In this document: piece by piece, positions 9,136-22,743 of the stretch | How the letters are laid out: the number at the start of each line of letters is the position of its first letter | Numbering within the stretch: the first letter of the stretch is position 1 | Origin: Candidatus Marinacidobacterales bacterium | GTDB taxonomy: Bacteria > Acidobacteriota > Vicinamibacteria > Marinacidobacterales > SMYC01 | Assembly (NCBI GenBank): GCA_965237955.1 | Contig: OZ250169.1 | Location: forward strand, 4,992,001 to 5,056,000 | Reading direction: 5' to 3' | DNA: 64,000 bases | Position numbers and translations under genes: made by a program | The notes under the pieces: generated by a model | Database searches by the model: none | What the model was told of the DNA's origin: nothing | What the model saw: the letters and a program-made list of their open reading frames with translations, nothing else

Positions 9136-10037
9136 GACGCCGGGGTCAGAACGATGTTGCGATAGAGAATGCGACCGTGATCTCCTTGGAGGTAGATCGG
9201 GCCGGGGTCGCCTTCGTTCGCATCGAGTGCCCCTCCGGTAATGCCGGGAATCTCCTGGTGGTCGATGATGGTCTCGCCGTTGAGCTCGACGGTGACACAG
9301 CGACCGAGAAGGGTGATGTCGAAGCTTTGCCACTCACCGGCGGGAAGCGCGGGGTTCGAGGTCGGTGTGACTTGCCCGTACACACCACCCATGTTGCGGT
9401 TATGGGGCTCCTTGCCATGATCGTCTTGAACTTGAATCTCGTGCCGGCCGCGCAGATAGATGCCGCTGTTGCTGTGTTCGGGAACGTTCACTTCGATATG
9501 GAGCTTGAAGTCATCGAAGGATTCTTTGGTCCTGAAGTTGGCCCCTGACTCTTCGTTCACGAGCACACCGTCTTCCGCTCTCCACTGATTCTCTCCGCCG
9601 GGAAGCAGGACCCAACCGGTCAAGTCCTCGCCATTAAAGAGCTCGATGGGTTCGCCCCAGGTCGGGTTGTCGGGCGCGGCGAGAACCGGCGCCCGTACCG
9701 CGGTCCATTCGAAGCTCGTCTCACCTCGGGAGCCGGTACCCTTCCAGGTGTCGCCGTCGAAAACGCCTTCGTAGCTCGTCTCGCCGACCGTCATCGAGAG
9801 TGTGTCACCAGACGCTTCTACACGTTCGAAAGCAAGCGCGTGGCCGCCTCGTGGTTGCAAGCGACCGCCGAGAGCTCCGCGATCGCCGGTGAGCTCGAAC
9901 CACAGTGGGTAGCTGTTCTCGCCGTGGACGGTGACGTCCCAGCGGCCGAACATCCCGCGATAGTCCCATGTGTCGTTGCTCGTGCTCGTGCACGACACGA
10001 ACGCGGCGATTGCGAAGACGAATGCGAATCTATGCAT
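9132..10037 (-). CDS. DUF1080 (3-keto-disaccharide hydrolase) lipoprotein
   Basis: Lipobox FVSC; LFNGEDLTGW, NSGIYLRG, GPIYLQGDHG, YRNI. Confidence 0.85.
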   Translation of the reverse strand: MHRFAFVFAIAAFVSCTSTSNDTWDYRGMFGRWDVTVHGENSYPLWFELTGDRGALGGRLQPRGGHALAFERVEASGDTLSMTVGETSYEGVFDGDTWKGTGSRGETSFEWTAVRAPVLAAPDNPTWGEPIELFNGEDLTGWVLLPGGENQWRAEDGVLVNEESGANFRTKESFDDFKLHIEVNVPEHSNSGIYLRGRHEIQVQDDHGKEPHNRNMGGVYGQVTPTSNPALPAGEWQSFDITLLGRCVTVELNGETIIDHQEIPGITGGALDANEGDPGPIYLQGDHGRILYRNIVLTPAS

Positions 10038-10978
10038 CGAGCTCCTCCGTGAGCGCATCCCAGAAACTGCTCGGGATGTCCGTGGCCATCATGCCGACAT
10101 TTTCTCTGACTTCCGCCGCGGTGCGAGCCCCGGCCAGAACGCACGCCACCGCGCGGTGTCTCGAGGGAAACTGGAGCGCCGCGGCCTTCAGCCGTACATC
10201 GTGATCCGCGCAGAGCTTGTCGAGGCGTTTTTTTTCTCGATCATCGCGTGCGGCGCCGCCTCGTAGTTGTAGTGTTCGCCACCGGCGAGGATGCCGCTAT
10301 TGTACGGACCACCGAGGATGATGGAGATGCCGCGGTTCTCGCACTCGGGGAACAGCAGCTCCGAGGCGCTCTGGTCGAGGAGCGTGTATCGGCCTGCGAG
10401 CAGAAAGCAGTCCACGTCGACCCGGCGGGCGAACTCGTAGAGCATCTCCGATTGGTTCATCCCGGCCCCGATGGCGGTGACGAGTCCCTCTTCCCGCATG
10501 CGTATGAGCGTGGGGAACGCTTGCTCGATCGCTTTTTCGAAGTGGTCGTCGGGATCGTGCAGGAGCGCGATATCGATCCGGTCGAGGCCGAGCCGCTCGA
10601 GGCTGGATTCGAACGAGCGCCGGATGCCGTCCGGGCTCAAATCGAACACCGAGTTGTAATCCAGGGTGTCGCGGTACGCGTGATCCTCGATCGCACCGCC
10701 TTCTGCCGGAACCAGAACCCGCCCGACTTTCGTCGACAGGACGAAGTCGTCCCGTGGGTATTGCCGCAAGACGCTGCCGAGGCGTCCTTCGGATTTGCCG
10801 TGCCCGTAAAACGGCGCGGTGTCGTAGTAGCGGATGCCGGAGTCGTAAGCAGCCAGCACCGTGTCGGTGGCGGTGCCCTCGTCGACACCCGTGAAGAGTC
10901 CTCCGAGGGGAGCGCCGCCGAAGCCGAGTCGCGTGACGCGAAGTCCGGTGTGGCCGATCTCCGCTGTGTCGAAGGGAA

Positions 10979-10982
<4 letters not shown>
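10030..10982 (-). CDS. Aldo/keto reductase (frameshift in the T-run near 10230)
   Basis: LGFGGAPLG, YDTAPFYGHG.SE, STKVGR, LHDPD; C-terminus continues in another frame. Confidence 0.85.
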
Positions 10983-12238
<1,256 letters not shown>

Positions 12239-12239
12239 G

Positions 12240-12500
12240 GCCGAGATTCTACCACCTGGAACGAGAGCTCGTAGACTTCCTCGAGAGACGTCGTCGTGTA
12301 CGCGAAGTCGAGCGGCTCGATGGCGGCAAGACCCGCCGTCCACTCGGTCGGTATCGCGTCGTATCCGAACATGACGCCGAGAACGCCCGCAGCGGTTGCG
12401 GGGTTGCAATCCGAATCGGCGCCTGCACGGATGTTGTAGCGAGCCATTTGGTTCGAATGTTGATGGGCGCGACGCCAACGGATCCATCCGCGATGAGCCA
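12240..12500 (-). pseudogene. C-terminal remnant of an ADP-ribosylglycohydrolase-like gene
   Basis: RAGADSDCNPATAAGVLG..GYDAIP.EW with no matching N-terminus. Confidence 0.6.
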
Positions 12501-12505
12501 CCTGG

Positions 12506-13891
12506 TTATTTCGGATCTCCTTCGGTCAGTACGTAATCGAGAATCTGGTCGGAGTCGGTCCAACCGTGCTCGTCCTGGACCTCGCGACAGTGCTCCAGTA
12601 TAGCTCCGAAGCTCGTGCCTGGCTTCAAGCCGCGAGCGATGAGATGCCGGCCCAAGACGATGTCTTGGGGCGCTTCGTCCTGGATCTTGAGCTCTTCCAT
12701 TTGCTGGCGGAAGTGATCGCCGGCGGGGAAGCGGCGCGCGAGCGCGTCCTCGGTCGTTCGTCCCAGATGATCCGCTGTGGCCACGCGCAACAGAAGCTCC
12801 ATGCTCGTGCCGGCCGCTTCGAGCTCCCGGGCGAGCCGGCGATAGGCTTTTGGTTTGGCGCCGCCTCGGTAATAGAGCCCCGGCGCGAGGTGGTGTTTCA
12901 CGAGAGCGCCGACTTGTCGGACGAGGTTCGCGGGCGCTTTCAGCCGCCCGAGAAATCGTTCGGTCACGACAACACCTTCGATATCGTGAGTGTGCGAGCG
13001 AATACGCCCAGCGACTTCCTCCGTCGTGAGCGGCTTGCCGAGATCGTGACAGAGCGCACCGTACATGAGGGCTCGGTCATCATCGTCGCCCGTTCGCAAG
13101 CGAGCAGCTTCGTCGATCACCAGCATCGTGTGGACGAACACGTCGCCTTCGGGATGCCACTCGGCATCCTGAGGGACGTCGATCATCGATTCGATCTCGG
13201 GAAAAAAGCGGAGCAGAGCGGTCTCGTGAAGAAACTCGAACGCGATCGATGGGCGATGGGATTTCAGCAAAATCTTGTCGAGCTCGTCGAGGATGCGCTC
13301 GACCGATAGCTCAGACAAATCGAGCTCGGCGCAAAGACCTTTCAGCTCGCCATCGGGTGTCATCTCGAAACGCGCGGCAAATTGGGCGACGCGCAACCCG
13401 CGGAGCGGGTCTTCGGAGAAGTGCTCCGGATCGGTCGCGCGCAGGATCTGGTCGTTCAAATCTTTCTGGCCATCGAACGGATCGAGAAGCTCACCGCTCG
13501 AGATGTCGTAGCCGAGGCTATTGATGGTCACGTCGCGGCGGCGGGCGGCGTCCTCGAACGACATGTCGGGGTCATAGGTGACCTCGAAACCGGTGTGGCC
13601 GTCGGCGACTTTGCTATCGGTGCGGGGTAGGGAGAAGTCGACGTCGATACCTTTGACCCGCAAAACGCCGAAGGCACGTCCGGCGTGAGTGATGTCGCCG
13701 AAGCGCGCGAGAACCTCTTCGAGCGCTTCGAGCGTCAAGCCGAAGACTTCGATATCGACGTCTTTCGGTGGAATCGAAAGCAGGGAGTCGCGAACGTGGC
13801 CCCCGACGAGAAGCGCGCGCCCAGAGGCGTCATGAATCGCTGCGGCGATGCGCGCTAGCGGCTCTTCGAGGTCGATTTTCAAGTGCGCCAT
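12506..13891 (-). CDS. cca: CCA tRNA nucleotidyltransferase with HD domain
   Basis: LVGGHVRD..L..PKDVD, RRDVTIN, EDPLR, HPEGDV..HT, CHDLGK. Confidence 0.85.
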   Translation of the reverse strand: MAHLKIDLEEPLARIAAAIHDASGRALLVGGHVRDSLLSIPPKDVDIEVFGLTLEALEEVLARFGDITHAGRAFGVLRVKGIDVDFSLPRTDSKVADGHTGFEVTYDPDMSFEDAARRRDVTINSLGYDISSGELLDPFDGQKDLNDQILRATDPEHFSEDPLRGLRVAQFAARFEMTPDGELKGLCAELDLSELSVERILDELDKILLKSHRPSIAFEFLHETALLRFFPEIESMIDVPQDAEWHPEGDVFVHTMLVIDEAARLRTGDDDDRALMYGALCHDLGKPLTTEEVAGRIRSHTHDIEGVVVTERFLGRLKAPANLVRQVGALVKHHLAPGLYYRGGAKPKAYRRLARELEAAGTSMELLLRVATADHLGRTTEDALARRFPAGDHFRQQMEELKIQDEAPQDIVLGRHLIARGLKPGTSFGAILEHCREVQDEHGWTDSDQILDYVLTEGDPK

Positions 13892-14322
13892 TCGACGGGA
13901 TCGCCCACGGAGATGGTCCCGTCGTCGAGCACCTCACCGAACGCTCCTCCGCGCCACGGGGCTTCCATGGCGGTCTTCAATCCGGGCTGCGCCTCTTCCA
14001 TGCGCTCACACGGTCGGCTCTCACCGTGGATGCGGATACGGACGTTACCGATTGCGAGCACTGGTCCTCGGATCTCACTCAAATCGACGCCGCTCACCAT
14101 GAGGTTCGCGCGCCGCGAGGCAGGTTCCTTGTCGCCACCGACCTCGTCCATGAGCTTCTCCCACATCTCTTTGGAAATAATGGTGACCTGGCGTTTGCCT
14201 CTCTGGTTGGCGTTGCCTTCGATGCCGCGGCCCTTGACCATGGTGGCCTCGGAGCTCGGGTCCATGGGGCCTCGTTTGAATCGTTTGATCCAGATGGCTT
14301 CCAGACGTCCCTGCTGAGTCAT
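13879..14322 (-). CDS. MOSC domain protein
   Basis: GIEGN, RQVT, RRANL, PCERM, G.ISVGD. Confidence 0.85.
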   Translation of the reverse strand: MTQQGRLEAIWIKRFKRGPMDPSSEATMVKGRGIEGNANQRGKRQVTIISKEMWEKLMDEVGGDKEPASRRANLMVSGVDLSEIRGPVLAIGNVRIRIHGESRPCERMEEAQPGLKTAMEAPWRGGAFGEVLDDGTISVGDPVEWRT

Positions 14323-14409
14323 GTGGGTATTCTAGACGAGATTTGGAGCATTCTCGGGGCATGACGACGCCAAGACGCGAGTTCCTGAAGACGTTGGGGC
14401 GCTCGCCTT

Positions 14410-14636
14410 GATCGAGCCGGCGCTCCGCGAGCGCGCGAGCTCCATCCGCCGGTTCGTCATCGACTCCGAGCTATCGAGCACCGCTATGAGCTCGACAGGC
14501 GCCCTCTCTACGTCCGCGTGCGCCTCCAGAGACAGCGTTCCGTCACTCGCCGGTGATGAGCCTCCGCGGGGCTCGCGCCGGCAGCGAAAACGAGATAGCC
14601 CAAAGTGCCAGGGCCAACGAGGCAGCGTGTCGCATT
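14410..14636 (-). pseudogene. Remnant of a secreted VWA-domain protein, divergent from the two-component system
   Basis: SD GAGGAGGG; signal peptide MRHAASLALALW; then RAPVELIAVLDSSESM..RMELAR (MIDAS-like DxSxS), truncated. Confidence 0.55.
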
Positions 14637-14715
14637 TGTAATCCCTCCTCGATCCCTTATAGCCGCGACCGAGTCGAAGGGTGCAAAACCGTCGTGAAAT
14701 ACTGACAGGAATAGT

Positions 14716-14731
14716 TTTACGTTCTATTTAC
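14716..14731. promoter_or_regulatory. Putative OmpR/PhoB-type binding site
   Basis: TTTAC-N6-TTTAC direct repeat (11-bp period) between the divergent VWA and response-regulator genes. Confidence 0.4.
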
Positions 14732-14771
14732 AAAAGGACCAAAACCGCCCCTGTAGAATGGAAGAAGGCCC

Positions 14772-15449
14772 ATGCAAAGATACGCCAAACCCTCGGTACT
14801 GCTCGTGGAGGACGAGACGAGCATTCGGCGAGGGCTCGAGGACGTCTTCACGTACCACGGCTACGACGTCGTCGCGTTCCGAGACGGAGAGGGGGCTTTG
14901 GCGCACAGCGAGAGTCAAGCGTTCGACATCGCGATCCTAGACGTGATGCTGCCGGGGCTCGACGGGGTTCGAGCTTTGCGGGCGCCTTCGCGAGACCCGC
15001 TCATGCTGACCGCCAAAGGCTCGGAAGACGACATCGTCACCGGATTTCGCTCCGGTGCCGACGATTACGTGACCAAGCCGTTCTCGATCCGCGAGCTCTT
15101 GATGCGGGTCGAAGCGCTCTTGCGTCGCGTCGGCGCGGTGGACGCGACACCCGAGAAGATTCTCTTCGGACCGTGGACGGTCGAGCCCGCCTCGTTGCGC
15201 GCGAGTGCGAACGGCGATGTTCGGGAGCTCACCCCGCGCGAGCTCCAGCTCGTCGTGCTTTTCGTTCGCGAGAAAGGACGGGTGGTGAGTCGCCGCACAT
15301 TGCTCAAAGAAGTGTGGGGGATGTCGCACGCCGACGAGATCGAAACCAGGACCGTCGATATGCACATCGCGAAGCTGAGAAAGAAGCTCGATCCCGACGT
15401 GAAGCTCCTCACCACGATCCGCGGCGCCGGCTATCGTTTCGACGGCTGA
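14772..15449 (+). CDS. OmpR-family response regulator
   Basis: VEDE, LDVMLPG, GADDYVTKPF; winged helix RTVDMHIAKLRKKL. Confidence 0.9.
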   Translation: MQRYAKPSVLLVEDETSIRRGLEDVFTYHGYDVVAFRDGEGALAHSESQAFDIAILDVMLPGLDGVRALRAPSRDPLMLTAKGSEDDIVTGFRSGADDYVTKPFSIRELLMRVEALLRRVGAVDATPEKILFGPWTVEPASLRASANGDVRELTPRELQLVVLFVREKGRVVSRRTLLKEVWGMSHADEIETRTVDMHIAKLRKKLDPDVKLLTTIRGAGYRFDG

Positions 15450-15450
15450 A

Positions 15451-17216
<1,766 letters not shown>

Positions 17217-17220
<4 letters not shown>

Positions 17221-17678
17221 ATCCAGCGCCGCACAGAAGCTTTGTACCTCAAATAGTCTTCGCCGAACGTTCGCTCCAAGTACGCTTCCTCTCGGGCGAT
17301 GACTTGCGTCGTCATGACGATCCCGACGGGGATCAGCATCGCAACGACCCACAGGTTGTTCGTCCACAAGCCGATCCCGAGCTGCAGCGCGCTGAGCGAG
17401 ACGTAGAGCGGGTTCCTGGTGAACCGATAGGGGCCGGTTTTGACGATCGCCGACGACGGCTCGTCCGGGCGTATGGTCGTTTTGTGCCGTCCCAATTCGC
17501 GGAAACCAAGAAAGGCGAGGGCGATTGAGGCCATGATGAAAGCAACGCCGAGGGGCATCGCTAGGTTTTCCGGCACGACACTCATCGGTCGCGCCCAGTT
17601 CAACCCCAGCCCGATCAGGATGGAAATCAAGAAAATGAACGGCGGTGGGACCTTGACGCCCGCGCTGTCCTGGCTCAT
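17217..17678 (-). CDS. Isoprenylcysteine carboxyl methyltransferase family membrane protein
   Basis: GPYRFTRNPLY; EE..L...FG..Y..Y...VRRW. Confidence 0.85.
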
Positions 17679-17789
17679 GCTCCCGTTGTAGCTCATCGAC
17701 GTACTGAGTTCCAACAAAATAGGGGGATTTCTTTGTCACTGAAAGAGAAGCTCGACCGAACGCGCGCGCGTTTTCGTGAAACGGCTCCG

Positions 17790-17935
17790 TTCGAACGGCG
17801 CTCCATCGAGGGTGAGCGTTTCGCCAACCACGTTCGGGGACGCGCCGAATCGTCGCTGCCACAGGCCGTGCCCGAGGATGACCACGCGGTCGCTCCCGGG
17901 GTCGTTCTCCTCTTCGAGAAACCCGCCCCCGGCCA
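17790..17935 (-). pseudogene. Internal fragment of an ADOP/MacB-type ABC permease
   Basis: My minus-strand translation: GFLEEENDPGSDRVVILGHGLWQRRFGASPNVVGETLTLDGAPF. Confidence 0.6.
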
Positions 17936-17973
17936 GGTCTCCGGAAAAGGTTGCCGAACGGTATATTGGAAGC

Positions 17974-19044
17974 GTGAAAATTGCGATCTTGCTGTCCGGA
18001 GGCGTGGACAGCTCCGTCGCGCTGAGCCGTTTGAAGGACGAAGGCCACGACGTGACCGCCTTCTATTTGAAGGTCTGGCTCGAGGACGAGCTTCAATATC
18101 TCGGGCATTGTCCTTGGGAGGAGGACCTCGAGCTCGCGCACGCCGTCTGTAAGGAGTTCGATGTCCCACTCGAGGTCCGCTCGCTTCAAAAGCCGTACTG
18201 GGACCGTGTGGTGCGCTACACCATCGACGAGCTCCAGGCCGGCCTGACGCCCAGCCCGGATATCTTCTGCAACCAGCGCATCAAGTTTGGCGCGTTCTTC
18301 GACGAGATCGACGCGAGCTTCGTGCGCGTCGCCTCGGGTCACTACGCTCGCCTCGAGCGCCGCGGCGGTGCTGTCCGACTGAAAAAGGGCGTCGATCCCG
18401 TCAAAGATCAGACGTACTTTCTCTCGCACCTGTTTCAGGACCAGCTCCAACGGGTCATGTTTCCCATTGGTCACCTGACCAAGAAGCAGGTGCGCGAACG
18501 CGCAAAGACGCTGGATCTACCGAACAAAGCGCGGCGAGACAGCCAGGGCATCTGTTTTCTCGGAAAGATCAAATACAGCGAGTTCGTCCGCCACCATCTC
18601 GGAGAGCGGCAAGGCGACATCGTGGAGCTCACGACCGGGGACGTACTGGGCAGCCACCAAGGCTACTGGTTTCATACCATCGGCCAGCGCCAAGGCCTCG
18701 GTTTATCGCACGGTCCCTGGTTCGTTCACAGCAAAGACATCGAGCGGAACGTCGTCTACGTGGCGCACGCCGACGATCTGCCGGACTCGTCGAGGGATGC
18801 GTACACTGTTGAAAAGCTCCATTGGACTTGTGGCCCGCCGCAGCGAGGCGACCTGCAAGTCAAGGTCCGCCACGGCTGCTCTCTCTTCAACGCCGACGTC
18901 GACGTTGTTTCCGACCGGCGCGCGTGTGTACGACTCGACCGCAAGGAGCCCGGCATCGCGCCGGGGCAGCTCACGGTGTTCTACGACGGTGACGTCTGCC
19001 TCGGCGGCGCCACGATCAGCGCGGACCCACCACCTGAAGGATGA
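17974..19044 (+). CDS. mnmA: tRNA 2-thiouridine(34) synthase
   Basis: SGGVDS, TPSPDIFCN, SGHYA, KDQTYFL, DSQGICF, TIGQR.GL, PGQ. Confidence 0.95.
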   Translation: MKIAILLSGGVDSSVALSRLKDEGHDVTAFYLKVWLEDELQYLGHCPWEEDLELAHAVCKEFDVPLEVRSLQKPYWDRVVRYTIDELQAGLTPSPDIFCNQRIKFGAFFDEIDASFVRVASGHYARLERRGGAVRLKKGVDPVKDQTYFLSHLFQDQLQRVMFPIGHLTKKQVRERAKTLDLPNKARRDSQGICFLGKIKYSEFVRHHLGERQGDIVELTTGDVLGSHQGYWFHTIGQRQGLGLSHGPWFVHSKDIERNVVYVAHADDLPDSSRDAYTVEKLHWTCGPPQRGDLQVKVRHGCSLFNADVDVVSDRRACVRLDRKEPGIAPGQLTVFYDGDVCLGGATISADPPPEG

Positions 19045-19118
19045 GCCATCGACGGAGCCCAGACGGAGCCCCTGCAGGTTTTCGCTCCCACCCGATATGT
19101 TGACCGCCGTAAGTTCGG

Positions 19119-21221
19119 GTGCTAGTGTTGCGCCCCCCAACCAAGCGCGAGCGCGTATGTCGAAGGTCGCTGTACAACAACGGCGGGAATACTTTCCAGT
19201 GGTTGCCAACGATTGCGGTCGCAGGGACGTACGAGGTTTACGCGTGGTGGACGTATCACGCGAATCGTTCGAGCGCGGTGCCGTACCGGATATCGCACGC
19301 CGGTGGGATCACGGAGACGATCGTGAACCAGCACGACCTGTCGTTGGGTGGGCAGTGGAACCTGATTGGTACGGTGCCGATGGACGCGAGCAGCTCGCAC
19401 TACGTCGAGGTTTCGAGCGAGAACGGTCAAGCCTCTGCCGATGCCGTCCGTTTGGTCTTCGTCGGTGATGAGCCACTATCCATCGTCGAGGACACTCTCC
19501 CTGACGGTGCCGTCAATACGCCCTACAGCGCACGCCTGAATGCGACGGGGGGCCTGCCTCCCTATCTCTTCTCTTTGGAGTCCGGACGCCTGCCTTCGGG
19601 GCTGACGCTCGCGCCTTCCGGGACCATCAGCGGGGATCCGACCTGGGGCGAGACGACGACCTTCACCGTTCGTGTGGAGGACGTCAGTCTCGACGTCGCG
19701 ACGCGCGAACTGGAGCTCACGATGAGTCCGTTCGTGGGAGCCGACTTTGGGCATCCGTACCTTCAAAACTCGACGATGAACGGAATCACCGTGCTCTGGT
19801 GGACGCCGACTGACCGAGCCGGCTTGTTGGAGTACGGGATTGGAAGTTTCGACAACTCCGTGATGTCGAGCCCCGAGCCGGTTACCTTCACCCGTCCCGA
19901 CATCGCGGGCAACGTCACACGTTACAAGCACGAAGTACGCCTCAGTGGCCTGACGGCGGGCGCGGGATATCAGTACCGGGTGACGCAAGACGCAATCGCG
20001 TTCGTATCACAATTTCAAACCGCCCCGGCGGAGACGCTTACGCCCATTCGCTTTGTGGTGTGGGCCGACACCGAGATGGAGCTCGCCTCCCATGGGAGTT
20101 TGGGCTCAGGAGCGCCCTCCGGCTATCCCATGGATCAAAACGAAGGCATCATGGCCGGCGTTCTCGCGAGCAGTTCCCTCGATCCTGATTTCATCCTGAT
20201 CGCAGGGGACATCGTCGAGCAGGCCGGAAGACTCGACGACTGGGACGAGTTGTTTCGAAAAGTCAACGACCGAAATTACGCCTTCTACACGGCCACGCCA
20301 CCCCTCGCAAGCCGCATTCCAATTTTCGCTGCACTAGGAAACCACGACTATTACGGTTTCGGCTTCTCTCAGCCCGGAAGCGAAATCCACGGGGTGCACA
20401 AATATCTCGAGCATTTCGATAATCCTTCGAACACGGCACCGACGACCATCATCGATCCCGCCTGGCCCTCGGAATTGACCCCGGCTGTGCGCGCGGCGCA
20501 GGACGAGCGCTACTTTGCTTTCGACTACGGCCCGGCGACGGTCATCGCCATCGATGTCAACAACCAATCTCCCAACGGGTCGAGCAACGACACGAACTTC
20601 AATATTCTCGGGGAGAACGACCCGGATGGCGGGTTCGCGCCCGACTGGGCTCCGGGCTCGCGCCAGTATCAGTGGCTCGAGGAGCAGCTACAGAGGGCCC
20701 AGGCTCGCAGCCCGTTCATCTTCGTTTACTGGCATCACGCGGCCTTCTCTTCGGGTCCACATGCGTTGCCACCAGGCATCGACGATCAATCCGGCCTTCC
20801 CACGCGGCAGCTCGATGAGCTATTCCACCGCTATCGAGTGACCGCCGTCTTCAACGGACACGAAGAGATGGTGGAAATGAGCGAGACGAGGGGAGATTCT
20901 GGCCTGGGAGGCGATCCGAGCCACGTGATCCGCTACTTCGTCGCCGGATCGATGGGCGACGGCATTCGTGACGAGCTGAGTAGCTTGTTGAACCCCAACC
21001 AGGTTTTCCACTACACCGACAGCACGATTGGGCGCCACTACGGTTTCGTCCTCGTGGAAATCTTCGCCGACCCGGGGGATCCCGGCACGTGGAAAGCGAC
21101 GTTCCGGCAAGTGTGGATCAATCCAGCCTGGGCCGGCGACCGCGCGCTCGACCCGTTGGGCGGTTATTACGATGACGCAGACCCTGCTGCGTATTACGAG
21201 GCAACGTGGTCGCCGCCATGA
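19119..21221 (+). CDS. Golvesin-like + Ig-like + FN3 purple-acid-phosphatase metallophosphoesterase (N-terminus eroded)
   Basis: GTYEVYAWW..ADAVRLV; LPDG...PYS.L.ATGG; AD, GD, GNHD, HH and GHE metallophosphoesterase motifs. Confidence 0.75.
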   Translation: MLVLRPPTKRERVCRRSLYNNGGNTFQWLPTIAVAGTYEVYAWWTYHANRSSAVPYRISHAGGITETIVNQHDLSLGGQWNLIGTVPMDASSSHYVEVSSENGQASADAVRLVFVGDEPLSIVEDTLPDGAVNTPYSARLNATGGLPPYLFSLESGRLPSGLTLAPSGTISGDPTWGETTTFTVRVEDVSLDVATRELELTMSPFVGADFGHPYLQNSTMNGITVLWWTPTDRAGLLEYGIGSFDNSVMSSPEPVTFTRPDIAGNVTRYKHEVRLSGLTAGAGYQYRVTQDAIAFVSQFQTAPAETLTPIRFVVWADTEMELASHGSLGSGAPSGYPMDQNEGIMAGVLASSSLDPDFILIAGDIVEQAGRLDDWDELFRKVNDRNYAFYTATPPLASRIPIFAALGNHDYYGFGFSQPGSEIHGVHKYLEHFDNPSNTAPTTIIDPAWPSELTPAVRAAQDERYFAFDYGPATVIAIDVNNQSPNGSSNDTNFNILGENDPDGGFAPDWAPGSRQYQWLEEQLQRAQARSPFIFVYWHHAAFSSGPHALPPGIDDQSGLPTRQLDELFHRYRVTAVFNGHEEMVEMSETRGDSGLGGDPSHVIRYFVAGSMGDGIRDELSSLLNPNQVFHYTDSTIGRHYGFVLVEIFADPGDPGTWKATFRQVWINPAWAGDRALDPLGGYYDDADPAAYYEATWSPP

Positions 21222-21343
21222 CGACGACTCACTGAGAAGATGGTAACTGCATCTCGAGATTTTCTGGTACAACGCGTCTTCGAGGCATCGGGGGCATCGG
21301 CGGGTGAGGATGGCGCTCACTCGTGAGCGCGAGGGTTCGGGCA

Positions 21344-21923
21344 CTAGCGCTGGCAGTGATAAACGACCGCCGGCGGAACGCTGCGCCACACGACGTCGCT
21401 GCGCTCGACCGAGCGAAACCGGCGCTCGAGTTTTTCACGAAACCGCAGCCCCGACTTGAGCACGAGACCGTGCACGTACGAGAACGTCGCGAATTGGCCG
21501 TCCGGTGCGAGCACGCTCATCGTGGCATCCAAAAGCTCGTCCTGGACGCCGTCGGAAAAGTTCGCCCAGGGAAGGCTGCTCACGACGGCGTCGATTGGGG
21601 TCGCGCCATGAGCGGCGGCAATCTTCTTGATGTTCGCGACGGAGTCCCAATAGACCGAGAGCTCGGGAAACTGCTTGGACAACGCGTCCGCGTAGGCTTC
21701 GTTGAACTCGATGGCAAAGAAATCCTGGCCGTCGAGCCGCTCGAGCAACGCTTTCGTGATCGAGCCGAGCCCGGGGCCATACTCGGCAGCGACCCGGACT
21801 CCGATCCCAATCGATGCTTCCCGCGAGCGCCGCCGCCAGCTCCTCCGAGCTCGGGGCGATGGCGCCGATTTTCTGGGGGTTGGTGACGAACTCTTTGAAA
21901 AAGTTAACCGCCGATCGTTGCAC
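21344..21923 (-). CDS. PmtA-like phospholipid N-methyltransferase (frameshifted)
   Basis: FFKEF..NP.KIGAIAPSS, EYGPG.G.IT, VVSSLPW, RSVPPA.VY. Confidence 0.75.
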
Positions 21924-22032
21924 TCCGCTCCGTCCTGCAGTGTGTGGGTCATGAGAACTCGAAAATCGCGCATAAGCATATGGGAAGAAACGGGTTCTTG
22001 TAAAGGCGGCGGGTCAGGCCTTGAGGCCGGAT

Positions 22033-22204
22033 TTAGGTCCGGAGCTCCTGCTTGGCCTGGTGCGAGTCCGCGTCGGGATTGCGCGGGTTTTGGCCGGCGC
22101 AATAGATCTCGAACGCGCGGATACGGATCTGGTCATCGGTGACGGTTGGCGTCACGGGTGCTGCCGCGACCGTTTTCGCGATTTCACGTTGTTGTGAACG
22201 ACAT
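22033..22204 (-). pseudogene. DUF2934-like small protein (frameshifted)
   Basis: My translation: TDDQIRIRAFEIY..G..NPDAD.HQA.QEL*. Confidence 0.45.
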
Positions 22205-22248
22205 GAAAAGATTAAGCAACTCGAGACGACCGCCGCAAGATCGAATCC

Positions 22249-22743
22249 CTACTGCAATCCCCCACGCACCGAGGTAATCCGGTTGGTGTTGAATCCCAGC
22301 CAGTGCATGCGTCCGACATAGCGTGCGTGCTCGACCTTGATGCAGCGGTCCATGATGACCGATAGCCCGCCGTCCTCCGCGATACGACCGCCTTGTTCGT
22401 TGATGACGGTGAACTGGCACCACAAGTTGGATGCTTTGATCGAGACCGCTTCTTCGGCGATTCCCGGGAGCGCCGCCGGCGCGCGAAAGACGTTCACCAC
22501 GTCGACGGGGATGGGCACGTCGCTGAGGCTCTTATAGCTCGTCTCTCCCAAGATCTCCGACTCGCGCGGGTTCACCGGTATGACGCGATACCCGTGACGC
22601 TTCAAATAGAACCCGACGAAGTAGCTCGCCCTGAGGACGTTGTTCGACAGGCCTATTACCGCGATCGTCTTCGCGTTGTAGAGGACCTGCTGGATGGTGC
22701 CCGTGTCCTGATACCGCGTCAGGTCGAACGTGGCGGTGCTCAT
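22249..22743 (-). CDS. CoA-binding protein (YccU-like)
   Basis: IAVIGLS, GYRVIPVNP, VDVVNVFR, MDRCIKVEH. Confidence 0.9.
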   Translation of the reverse strand: MSTATFDLTRYQDTGTIQQVLYNAKTIAVIGLSNNVLRASYFVGFYLKRHGYRVIPVNPRESEILGETSYKSLSDVPIPVDVVNVFRAPAALPGIAEEAVSIKASNLWCQFTVINEQGGRIAEDGGLSVIMDRCIKVEHARYVGRMHWLGFNTNRITSVRGGLQ

